From NCBI GenBank assembly GCA_900088475.1, contig FLMG01003947.1:62001-126000 (forward strand): 64,000 nucleotides of DNA. The letters run 5' to 3'. The DNA comes from Hyphochytrium catenoides. Its lineage: Eukaryota > Protista > Hyphochytriomycota. The notes under the pieces were generated by a model that made no database searches, had not been told where the DNA came from, and was given only the letters and a program-made list of their open reading frames with translations. The position numbers and the translations under genes are program-made. Positions 1 to 17,091 of this stretch are shown here, piece after piece. How positions within the stretch are numbered: the first letter of the stretch is position 1; each line of letters starts with the position of its first letter.

Positions 1-5518
<5,518 letters not shown>

Positions 5519-6317
5519 TTTAACCTAACACTGGACCCCCAGCGACTTCAATATAGCCTCGCTGCAATGCCGTAGATGTCAGAACTTTGCGAGGAGAGGT
5601 CCCCTTGGGTTGTTATGTGTCGCAGTTTGACAGACACAAGTAGAGAGAGAGGAAAATCTTCGCTGCAGCGCACAACGGCACAAGCGGCAGAGAGACGACG
5701 ACCTTCCGTCTCCACAGAAGAGCCTGGTATCCACATCCACTCTTGCATCCTCAAGAAGCTTCAGAAATGTCCAGAGATCTGACGGATGTCCAGACGAACG
5801 ATTTCTCTTCTGGTCCCGCAACAACTCCTCAACAGGAACTGTCACAGGGCGGAACATTCATTGTTACGTCGTACACAGGAGATTCTGTTCAAGGTGGTTA
5901 AGGATTAGGGTTAGTAGTGGTTCTTTCACGCGGAAAGGGAGCTATGGCGGTTAAGAATTAGCATTTACGAAACCTATACCATTATTTGGCGATTGACAGA
6001 TATAAAATCATTTTAATATATAAGGCCTGCAAAGGATAATGAATAAAGTACCCTTCTGATTTCAAGGAATGTGGCATAGGATTAGGGTGTTAGGCGCAGT
6101 TGGGTGGTAAAAAGATTGAAATCTGTTGCTCCTCCAAAAGCTTCAGAATGCGCATCTTCATCACCGCATGAACGAGCTCAGATCAGAGCTTCAAATCTGC
6201 CCAGCATTCTGTACCTCCCACAGTCAGAATAGCCTTTTGTGAGGTGTAATATCCCGGGCCGTAGAGCAGGGCGATTGAGGCAACTTCAAGGTTCGGCAGC
6301 TGCAGTCAGCAAGCGCC

Positions 6318-7017
6318 ATGGAAAAAATAGATACAGAAGATGTCACCGATCTGCGGTTTGGTGAAGGTAAGAACGGGAGAGAGCTCTTTCTAGCCATTGT
6401 AGCTGCCTGGTGACTTTCTGTCGGAGAAGCTAACTTTCCTCATTTGACCCTGTGGCTTGGTTCCTTTAGACTTCAAGAACCCCAAATGCTTGTCTAATGC
6501 AGAAGTTGCTGTCATCCTGGAGAAGCTGAAGACTGAGTATGAGAACCAGGAGAAAGAGCTCACCCCGTAAGAACGCCCCTCAACTCTACTATAAATGATC
6601 TACTTGCAAGTCAGGCCGCAATTCTGTTCTTTGCAGGGTGTTCCAGAAGACATATGCCTATGTTCAGCGGTTTAGTGGCATTCGCGACCCGATCGCCAAT
6701 CAAGCAGCAGTTACAGAGCTCAGAGAGTAAGGCTGCACTGTAGATACGCTCGTTTGCCTTATTATTCACCGCAACTTTGAATGCTGAAAATCAACAGGGC
6801 CTTGGCAACGCTAGCGTTTGAACGGGAGACGCCTGATGGACAGGTTGTCACTCTTCGGCTGCACGAGTACGAGACGGCAGCGTTGTCCAATCTAAACCCT
6901 GAAGAGGTAGAAGAGGCGATTGCCCTCATTCCAAGCTTGCAGACGAAGTTCAGAGAGGATGAGATTGACGAGATCCTACGAGTCGTCAGCAGGACAACTG
7001 CGCGCATGTTCTCATGA
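6318..7017 (+). CDS. RPB4: RNA polymerase II subunit RPB4 (4 exons)
   Basis: Spliced translation MEKIDTEDVTDLRFGE/DFKNPKCLSNAEVAVILE../VFQKTYAYVQRFS../..LHEYETAALSNLNPEEVEEAIALIPSL..DEIDEIL matches the Rpb4 family; GT-AG introns. Confidence 0.93.
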
Positions 7018-7300
7018 CAGCTCCCGCCACAGTGACTTGCATCATCCTTTGCAGCTGCTTGTCCTGTTCGGTGCACCCGGTGGTGTGCCTCTTTGTAGCC
7101 TCGGCCAAGCGATACTGCTACGCCTGTCTTCCTTCCTCTCAGCCATGGGCAGTGTGGGATGGCTGAAGCTTTTATATATTACATTTAGAAGTAGCTGACT
7201 CCTCAGTGGGGAACAACATTCTAGGCTAGGCACAGTCTGCGAACCGCAATATTTGCGCGGACTTCCCTCTGCCCGTCATCCGCCTTCCTTCTTTCGTTCC

Positions 7301-10300
7301 TTAGAAACCAGCCATTAGATGCTCTACATCTGACCCGGACTCCCTCAGACCCGTAAACCACATAAAGACTGCCTTTAACTCCATGGGAGTGATTGATGCA
7401 ACCTCTTCCGCATGCGGCTGGGAATACTTCTCGCGCACAGCCTACATCGAAACAGTCAGATCGAAGATGAGAGGAGCTAGGAAGATGCCAGGACGAAAGT
7501 TAGCCACTTCATTATAATGAAACAGATGTCAATGGATGATAGACTAATTGCGGGAACTAGGGAGGAGTGCACGATGCCCTTACCTTGAGCTGCTCTTGCT
7601 GACTTGTCTTATGTGTGCGCACAACCTCAAGAACAAGGAGCTCAAGTTCTTGTGCACTCTTTCCAACCACGTCATATAATGGTCGCGTCTGTCTCACAGC
7701 GAGTTAGTCTCTGCATACTACTTACTCCCGTTTAACCGTGCTTTCACCTTCCTTCTACCCTCCGCATATCCATTCCTTTCTTCCATAGATACATGGCTCA
7801 CTCATCTACCGAAATCTTATCCTGTCTTGCCAGCCACCACTTGCATCGTTTCGCCCTCCGAGTTGGTAGTTCATTGCACGTACCCATGGTGAAGAATGCT
7901 TTAAGGTCAGCCTTGCCGCCAGGAAGCAGGCACCTGCCACTCGTGATGGATAGAACTGAAGGAATCTATAGTCTACGAGGGTGAGCTCTGCTAGATACGA
8001 CGTAAAAAGTATTTCCCTTTTGCTAGACTCTCCCGCTCGAAATAGGCGAGTAAGCCACTTGTACGCTGTTGTGACCGTGAGGCGGAAGTCGATATGCTGC
8101 ACTATCTTTCCTTCCATGCAAAGTATCTGACAGAGGCGGGGGTAAGAGAACCTTGGGTTTTCTAAAGGAGGTTATTCGACGAGTTGTCTAGATCTAGGAA
8201 GAATAAAGGCCGCGAAGAAACACCTCAAATAAGATACTGTCCTCTCGGCAACAGCCAGAGGCCGGCAAGATGGAATACCAAGTTGTATAGATTGAACAAC
8301 AATGACCGTTTGCAAGCAGGAAGGGCCAAGAGTAAGGGAAGGGAACAAGCACAGAGAGAATTGCAGCTTTGAGAGTGGGAAGAGAGTAGGAGAGCGCAGC
8401 ACGGTAGAAGAGTCCTCGAGAAACTCTTACCTCCTCTCTTGTGTAGGTATCATCAGATATGTACACGAACTCATCTACTCCCGGAGAGTAGATCTCCTCA
8501 TACTTACTGGCCACCAGCATTGCCGCACACCCCAAGAGCTGCAGCTTCTGCCGGGACACTGCGAATTTGCTAAGACAGCGATCCACTATGTTGACCTGGG
8601 TAATAGTCAGCACGAAAGCAAGATCTATCAGCGAGCTAGACAAAGAATGAGCCTTCAGCATGCTAGAGAAAGTATGACCTGGAGATACTGGAGCCGGGCA
8701 GCACAAACAGAAAAGAATAGGGGCGAAGTATTCATGGGAGTCAAGTGGGGAATGCTATGAGTTGGAGGGAGACATAATGGGATCTAGTGGAGGAGAATGC
8801 TATGCAGTTTGTACCGAGAGAAAGAGTGTTTCCTGTGTGAGCTTGTACTCTTCAGCGACGTCCACCAACCAGTCCACCAGCATTGACCGCATAGATGCTG
8901 TTATGTCCTTCTGCAGTTTCCCCCGCCCTATGTAGTCACAGGAGGGCATGTCCATGACCTGCATACAGTTGTGTTCAACGGAGAATCAGAGACAGAGACT
9001 AGGCACAGAGACAGACAGTAAAGACAAACAGGAGAAGAAGCCGAAGTCTACTAGACGTCAAGTGAGGGGTGCACTGCGGCTAATCCAGTGATAACCAGTG
9101 GTGAGTGAAGGCACGAAGGAAGCAAGGAGAAAGCAGCTGGCGACGAACAAAGATAATCGGACGAGAGCGAGCGAGAACGGCCACGACAGCCAAAATCTCA
9201 CCTCATTGTCTTTCATGTACTGGATCGAACTGCTCATATAGGGCTCATAGCCCACCAGAGGAGCCAGAAAGTTGAGCCTCCCTTCCAACGCGGGCTTTTT
9301 CCTCTTGTCATGCTTACCTCCTTGCCCTTGCCTGGACTGAGGAGTCTTCGGCATAGGGACAGGGCTTTCATCAGGAACCTCATCGTCGTCTTCGACATCC
9401 TCATCGCACCCTATGTCTCCTAAGATGAAATCCAGTTCTTCGTCAAATAGTCTTTCTCTCTCTCTTCTCGCTTCTTCATCATCGGCTGGCTCTTCTTGAG
9501 GTTGTGGTTCACCCTCTTGAGGAGGTGCCTTCTGCTGCTCTTCCTTAACACTCTCCGCGTCGCCACAGGTACCTCCACTTTCCTCCTTTTTGGGTCTAGC
9601 CTTCTTTTTCCCTCTCTTCTCAGTTGAGGCCTCGTTGGTGTCAGTCCTCAAGTGGCCCCTATTCTTGTGCTTTGTCTCTTTTACCGGCTTGCATATTCCA
9701 ATCGCTTGGGTGTTCCTCGTGTCCTGATTCTCATCATTGGCTGCACCAAGGGATAAGGTCAGCAAGGCACCGAAAGGCTGAAAGAGGGAAGGGCATATGG
9801 GACTGGCTGGGGAAGAGTCATTGGACATTCAAGTAGGTGAGCCGGTAGAGGAGGAACAGAGGACTAGGGCACACTAGGAATAGCTGAAATGCACAGAAGT
9901 GAGATCACCTAAAGGGAGCTCTTCCTTCAAAGGAGGGTGCCCTTCGTTACTGGATGCAGCAGCAGCAGCCTTTTGTTTCTTTTTGCTTCTGGTTGGCTTG
10001 TGGTTGCCTTTGAGACCTGGGTCTTCGTAAATCTGAAAAGAGAGCTCCGAGCTCCTCNNNNNNNNNNNNNNNNNNNNNNNNNNNNNNNNNNNNNNNNNNN
10101 NNNNNNNNNNNNNNNNNNNNTTGGTCCTTAGAGCTTATAATATAGCGGTAAGTCCAAGCTGACCAGAAGAAGAGGAGAGGTGAAGACGACAATGGTACCG
10201 CTTATCATAATCAAAGACCAGATGGCAGACCTAGAGGGACTTACTGTGGCCGCTGGGACTACGCTTTGCTTTTCCCTAGAGGGGTTTGGTGCCTGATTGG

Positions 10301-10433
10301 TCAGGTCTTGGAGAGCGCCACGCTTCGAGCTCTCCGCTGGTCGTGCCCGTTTTTTGGTGACGGCCTCCGCCTCCTGCACGGCCCTCTTCCTCTCTGCAGG
10401 AGCGGCTGTCGTACGCTTTGTGGACACAGCCAT
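7301..10433 (-). CDS. CYCA: A-type mitotic cyclin (multi-exon)
   Basis: D-box RGALQDLTN in exon 1. Cyclin box [22 protein letters not shown] / [39 protein letters not shown]. Cyclin_[25 protein letters not shown]. Last exon [12 protein letters not shown]. Confidence 0.92.
10058..10120. other. Assembly gap (63 N) inside the cyclin gene
   Basis: Run of n characters. Confidence 1.
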
Positions 10434-11399
10434 ACTATCTGCAGAGGAGGAAATTAAATAGGAGCGGAGCAATGTCTGTAAATAGATCGCAAAGTGCCAA
10501 CATACAGCTCAGGACGATTGAGAATGTGCTGATAGGAGCATATACATATATGGGACGGAAGTAGCCAGAGGGAAGCTGAGACAACGTTTATGGAGTGGTA
10601 AGCAACGGTAAAGACGACAGTGGAGAAAAATCATACCCTTATACACAATCTTCTGAGAAAGCCGGTCCCGGAGGGTTCAGAAGCTGCCGTCGAACATCGC
10701 TTTTGGAGTCTCCCCAATAATACTCGAGCGTCAACGGATGATAGGGGCCACGGCTGGGATGAGATGAGAGAGACCCTCGGTTTCACACGGCACGTAGATG
10801 GCTCTTAGGGATGGAAACCCCAGTAGGCTGGGGGGAAATAAAATGCGAACAGAGAAATACGCAGATAATGCTGATTTTTGTGCACCCAGACGACTGCTTA
10901 CAGAGGAGAGGAGCCAGAATGACCGGTAGGAGAGACGAACGGTGGAGCGGGAGATGCTAAGACGGGAAGCAAGAATGGAATAGAGAGTAGGAAGTAAAAA
11001 GACGGGCGAAGGCAGAGGGAGGAAGGTGATGAGCGCTGAAGATAACCAAGATGATAGAGAAGAGAGACCACGCGAGAAACAGAGAGAGTTCACTGGAAAG
11101 ACTCGACCAGACAGAGCCAAGAGAACACGAAGAGAGAACAAAGAAGGGAAGGCGGGTAGATACGAATGATAGAACAGAGAGCAGACAAAGAGACTGAAGG
11201 AAGGGGAAGGGAAAGGGAAGGACAGGCAGCCAAGGCGCGAGGCAATGATCCTGGGCCTTGAGCGCCAATTCAAACAACAGATCCGCCGCCCGCCGCCGCT
11301 GCTGTCGAGGAGGAGACTCCACCCCCAAAGCAGCCCTTCCTTCCCTTTCCCTTCGCTTCTCATGAAACATTTCCAAGGAAATCTACTTCGTTTTCCTTC

Positions 11400-11452
11400 A
11401 TTCAAATTTGTCTCTGTTGGGTTCGAGTTATCAGCTACTGATAACCGTAATT
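11400..11452 (-). promoter_or_regulatory. Candidate MYB site (AATTACGGTTA) plus CHR-like TTTGAA upstream of the cyclin
   Basis: taaccgtaatt at 11442-11452 and ttcaaa at ~11401-11406. The same 11-mer occurs upstream of the MYB gene. Confidence 0.35.
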
Positions 11453-11526
11453 TTACGATACCGTTTCGTCCCATGAACGGACATGATTTTCACCCTCTCG
11501 TCATAATAATGGAAGAATATGGAAGG

Positions 11527-11530
<4 letters not shown>

Positions 11531-11572
<42 letters not shown>
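11531..11572 (+). repeat. (GA)n microsatellite within a larger GA-rich tract (~11530-11800)
   Basis: Perfect GA dinucleotide run of about 21 units. Confidence 0.95.
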
Positions 11573-11575
<3 letters not shown>

Positions 11576-12185
11576 AGAGCACACAGCAGACGCATGAAAG
11601 AGAACGAGGAGAGAAAGAAAGAGAGAGAAAGAGAAAGAGACTGTAAGAGAGAGAGAAAACGCGAAAGAGCAGTGACACACGGAGAGCGAGAATACGAGAA
11701 CGAGAGACAAAGGAAAGAGAAAGAGAGAAGAACGAGAGACAGAGCGAATGCCGGAGGGGACATAGAGCGGAAGAGAGTGAGAGAGAGAGAGGGGAAAACG
11801 AGGGAGACCAGTGTCCCAATAGGTAGGACGGAGCAAAGCACAGCTCCGCACGGAGGAGGAAATTTCATTCTCTTCTTCTTCAACTAGAGACGCTCATCCC
11901 TCACCCTGTCCCACACCCTGGCCCTCTCAGTCTTCCCCTTGATCCGACCCAGGGCGGGACTAGTTCTTTGCTCCTTTCCTGTCCTCTAGTTCTGCTCTTT
12001 GCGAGCTTCCTTTCTTGTCCTTGGTGGTACCTGCTGTTCGCAGGGCTAGCACTGTCCCCTCCTCCTGGAATAGCCTCATGCTCTCCACATCTTTGCCAAG
12101 CGCTACCAGCTGGAAGTAAGCATTGGTCGGCTGGTTGTGGATACCTCCGACTCCATCATCAGGGCTAGCTAAAGGCAAAGCAGCC

Positions 12186-13854
12186 ATGGCATGGCTACGG
12201 AGACACAGCCTTCTTGTTCTTCTCGTGTGGGCAGTTCTTGCTGCTCTAAAGCTGAACGCGGCTGAAGCCAAATGCGAGAACTATTGCTCTCTCAACGGCA
12301 GATGCAATCAGTTCAATGCGTGCGAGTGCTATGAAGGCTATGCAGGCGGAGACTGTTCAATACGTGAGCACACATACTGCTTCCCCTTAGTTACTTTCGC
12401 TTAGGCTTCTTGGATGTTGACTGCCCCTTCTCTAGAGTCGAGACACTTCCAGAAATGTCATCTAGGAGATACCGTCTGTTCCCTCCTCTGCCGGCAAAGG
12501 CTTCTACTCCTTCTAACAGTTTCCCATCGTTCATCTTTTAGAACTTTGTGTCCATGCTCTCGAGCTCTCTTGCGTCTCTATGTTTTGCTTTAGAAAGGGA
12601 ATCACAATCTGGGCCCACTGCTTTGCAAATTCATGCTCGTCTCCTCCTCCTCAAACACTAGGCGAGTCTTTCCTTCACCTTGCTCCACTCTCTCCTTGCT
12701 CATTCTTTCCCACAGAGCTATGCCCGAAGGGTCCGTCATGGGCAGTCCCTGTCAGTCTGGATGATCTAGCCCATGTGGAACAGGTGCAATGCTCAGGAAG
12801 AGGAAATTGTGTGGCTGGCGTCTGTCAGTGCCAGCCCGGCTTCGAAGGTCACAATTGCGGTCGCTGTAAGTTCCTCCTCTAGGTCGCGCGTCCCTACGGT
12901 CCCAAAGATGAGAGAGCCAGTGTCTTGGCTCGGACGTCTGCAGCTGCTTTCAGTACCTGTCTCTGTCTCTCTTGATGCCTCTCTTCCTTCAATTATCTTT
13001 GTCTCTGTCATCACAATTACCTTGATCTCTCTCTCTCGATCTGCGTCCTGGCTCTTCTCTCCTCTCATATCAAGAGCGCTCTTCGATGTAACTCCTTTCC
13101 CTCTTCCCGCAGTCTGATTCGTCTCTCACTTCCGTCTTTCCGATTGTCAGTGGCTTGTAATTGCAATGGACATGGAAAGTGCCTGACTCTCAAGCAACTA
13201 ACTCGTCTCTCACCGTTGGAGCTTCATCGAGCCACCACTGGGCCTCCTAGAACCTACGATCTGTGGGACGCGGACATGGTTCAGGGCTGTCTTTGTGACG
13301 CAGGCTTCACGGGGCCTGACTGCAGCCAAAGTAAGGAAAACCCTAGACACATAAGGTGACGGAGGCTGGTGTAGGTCGAACATCGTGGATTGATATCACT
13401 GGCCTTGTAGGGCTAAGGGTAAGGTGATTGCTACCACCACGTCCTAAGGTTGGAGGGCCGAGGCAAGGCGCGATGGTTAAGATATGCTTCAATATAGCGT
13501 TCACGTCCGGGTACAGCCTCGGCAATGCGCCCGGGACAATGGCCATTTTCTATAGGTTTATCTGTAGATAGCCAAGGTCACTGTGAGGCAGCAGCGTGAC
13601 GGACGACTATGAAGAGGGTTATCTTTTCGGGCAAGAAGGCTGAACAAAGTATTCTTCTCCTTCACAGAGGAATGTCCGAAAGGCGATGATCCCATGACCG
13701 ACGGGCAGAGCAGTGAGGTCCAGCTCATCCATTGTGTGGCTTCTGGCGGCTCTCTGGCACTGTCTTTCAAGGGAGAGACCACCCCTCACCTGCCTTCCTC
13801 GATCACAGCTAAGGACCTTGAGGCAGCGCTTAATGTGAGCAACCGCCGTCGCCC

Positions 13855-13887
<33 letters not shown>

Positions 13888-16796
13888 CAAGAGACACGGA
13901 GCTGCTCCAAACAGCACTTATCTCTCTGGTCCTACTCTCTCTCTCTCTCAATCTTTTTGCTCGCTCTGTCTCTCTTTTTATTCCAAAATGGTTCGTGGGA
14001 GTGACATACATTCCCTTGGCCCTTTCCCTATCTACTCTTTGTCCATATGTTCAGGCTTTGTCTAGTGTAAGGAACATCAAGGTGACCTACTCAGATAGTC
14101 GAGTGGGGACACTGCCCCTCTGCACCGCTGCCGGAACTAATGTCGCCTCCGTCACCTTTGTGAACCAGTCAAGGTGTCTCCTCTCTGCCTCTCCTTTCAT
14201 CTCTTTCTCCCTTTCTCCCTCAGTCTCTTCGGTCTTTCTCACCACCTTTTTCTCTCTCTTCTGCAATCAACCCATGACTCGCTTCCCTCTCGTGTTTCTC
14301 TTCATTATCCTGCTAATGTTTTCTTCCCCTCGTCCTAGCCATTCAGCCGTGTTTACTGCAGCGTCCTCTCTCTCCTGTACCTCCTTCTTGCTCACCGCGG
14401 AATACCTCGCTGTGCTTCGCTACCATGCAGCCAGCCGCTTCTTCAAGCTTATACCACCGCTTCCCTGCGCCTTCAACCGTCTGGAGCGCAAGGAAGGGTG
14501 CGTGTGGCCGGTACCGGAGAGGCCATTAACGGCGTTCAGTCCGCCAAAGGTTCCAGAGAGCACGCAGTCTGCGCAGGAAGAGGCCTTTGTGACAGGTGAG
14601 AACAAATGGTGTCCCAGACCGGGCGGCATGGTCTTTTGAATCATCTCACTCTCCTTCTTCTCTCTCAAGCTGTTTCAAGGTGCAGTTGATCTCTGAATAT
14701 GCCACTTTTTCCTCCTCTCTCCCTGTGCCTCACACTTTCTGTCGCCATGTGACCTACGTTGACATCCTGCCCGCGGGGATTGAGGGACCGTGAGTCAAAT
14801 CTGCTGCTAGTCCCGTTATCCTTGCCCTTTTCGGTCCCTCTTGCTTCTTGCTCTGTGCTCTCATAACTCACCCTACCTCGCGATCACCCTGCTTCTGCCT
14901 GACGTTACATCCAATGTCTTAGTGCAACCGGGATCTGTCAATGCTACGCGGGGTACCGACACAGTCCCTCAGGGGACTGCTCCATCGCCTTGCCGTCTAC
15001 GAAGTTCCGCTGCCCTGGAGACTTCCCCTGCAGCGGGCATGGAGTGTGTGACAGTAAGGGACAGGGAAAGTGCCTCTGCTTCAAAGGATGGGAGTCGGGA
15101 GACTGCTCTGAGAGTACGTCTCTTGAGCTATGTTTCCAAGCCTGTCTTACCGACATCGTCTCGTCTTACCCTTGTTGATGCAGTCTCTCCCACTTTCGCT
15201 CGCTCTGACTCTCTCTGCTTCTCTCTGTGCCTCTCTCCTCTCACCATCTCCCGTATCTCTCTGATCATCCGCCCACTTCCGGTTCTGTTATTTTAGGAAC
15301 ATGTCCCCTTGGTAGGAGCTGGTACTCTTATCCCTCAGGAGATAACCAAGCGCACAGCGCTCTGACAGAGTGCTCAGATAGAGGCTTCTGCGACCGAAGT
15401 ACGGGCCAGTGCAAGTGTATGGCTGGCTTCACGGGCACCGCCTGTGAGAAAAGTAAGGAGAGGACGAGAGCGTCCCAGCTTCCGCCCTTACTGTCGGACA
15501 GCATGCTAAACCGTTGATCTTGCAATGTTCTCTCAGTATACCATCGATTGCTTGCCTTCATACAGTGGCCACTGCCGCCTGACTGCATTCGTCTCGGTTC
15601 TCTTTCGATAGATGAACAGTCTTCTTAGATGAACCGCTACGCCGTCTTCTTACCCTTTTTGGCACTAGAGCACTCCGTTCCTCTGCTTTCCCTTAACTCT
15701 CTTGTCGTCACCAGTGGCGTGTGCAACGGATGACGCTGGAGTCACCTGCTCCAGCCATGGCCGCTGCCTCTCGATGGCGGAGCTTGCCCCGCTCAGGACT
15801 GTAAATGGCGTAGCGGTGCCGCTGAAGTATGGCATCGACCCGAACAACCCCAGCACCTGGGATGCGTACATGGTAAGGAAGAGACAAAGTTAGAGAAGAG
15901 ACTGACGCATTAGACAAATTGGTGACGAGGAGGGAACAAAGACACTTCTTTGGCTACAAGCTCCGCTTCATATCATGCTGAGTCGGGAGCAGGAAGACGT
16001 ATGCTGCTTGTTGCGCCACAGGTCTTCTGGGTTGTTTTTTGCTTCGAAGGGCCTGGCTCTGGGATGCACGTGACACTGAAGCTCCCATCTAAGCTTCCAT
16101 CTCTAGTCTCCCTGTCTAGTTACCTCTAACTGTTTCTCTTTCTTATCCTGCGTATGAATATCGTCCTAGATCCAAAGCTGCCACTGCGACGGTGGCCATA
16201 CGGGCTATGATTGCTCCCAGAAGCTTTGCGCCACAGGTGATGATCCGCTCACGACAGGCCAAGTTGACGAAGTTCAGCTGCTGCAATGTAACGCTACGTC
16301 TGGGCACTTCAAGTTGAAATTCAGAGAGGCACAGACCGCTTCTCTGTCATTTTCTCTCAGCGCTGCCGCACTCACAAAGGCGTTGCAAGCGCTTCCAACT
16401 GTGGGACGAGTGCACGTTCAGTACATTGAAGGCTCCTCAGAGCTTTGCACCGCAGATGGCTGGAACGTTGCCTCTATCGCTTTCCTTACAAAGCACGCGG
16501 ATCTTCCAGCGTTAGAGGTTGAAAACTTAGATCTAAGGCTCGAAACACCTTCCGTCTCCCAAGAAGGTTCCATTAGAGTGGCGACGAATGGTGAGACAGT
16601 ACGAGAGGTTGCATCCGCGAGAGGAACAAAGGAGAATATGCCCTGTTCCAATCGTGGCCTCTGCGATCTGGAGACCGGTAAGTGCCAGTGCTTTCCTGGC
16701 TTTGGGCCCAGTGACGGCACTGGGAAGATAGGGACTATTGACGACTGCGGACATTCGTCATTAAGGCCAGGGAAGGGCACGGTAAAGGGAAAATGA
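12186..16796 (+). CDS. Secreted EGF/tenascin-like protein, mastigoneme (Sig1/Ocm)-related, with an internally duplicated EGF+EVQ module
   Basis: Signal peptide MAWLRRHSLLVLLVWAVLAALKLNAAEA. Many CSG(R/H)GxC..CxC..GxxGxxC EGF units. Two copies of WDAxM..CxCD..G.DCSQ..C..GDDP.T.GQ..EVQL..C and of GxxE...CxxRGLCD. AATAAA at ~16841 after the stop. Confidence 0.88.
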
Positions 16797-17091
16797 ATTA
16801 TAGGGGTCACACGTTGTCAGAAGCACGGCGTCTAACTTCCAATAAATAACTAGCTTAAAGGCGAGGATTCTCTGCAACTTTCTCCCTCTTTTCCTCTGTC
16901 ACACTGAGAAGACTTTTCTCGACAGCACCACATGTTCCAGGCTGTCACTTCTCTAGTATGTCGCTACTAGTCGTCGTGTTTCTATTGACATGAAGCTGTC
17001 GTTCCTTGAGTCTCTGTCTTGTCGTCTGTCATCTCTGCCTCTCTGACTATCTTGCAAACTGTGAGGCATTGCTAGGCCAACCTCCCAGAGA

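Noticed and set aside
5902-6094. TTAGGG-like motifs between the AAA ATPase and RPB4 (telomeric repeat or telo-box)
   Set aside because: Only isolated single copies; not an array, and too short to call a regulatory site.
10731-11887. Long ORFs rich in S/L/F or E/R (e.g. 10731-11474, 11431-11883, 11519-11887)
   Set aside because: They are translations of CT/GA microsatellite tracts in the cyclin/EGF intergenic region and have no domain signal.
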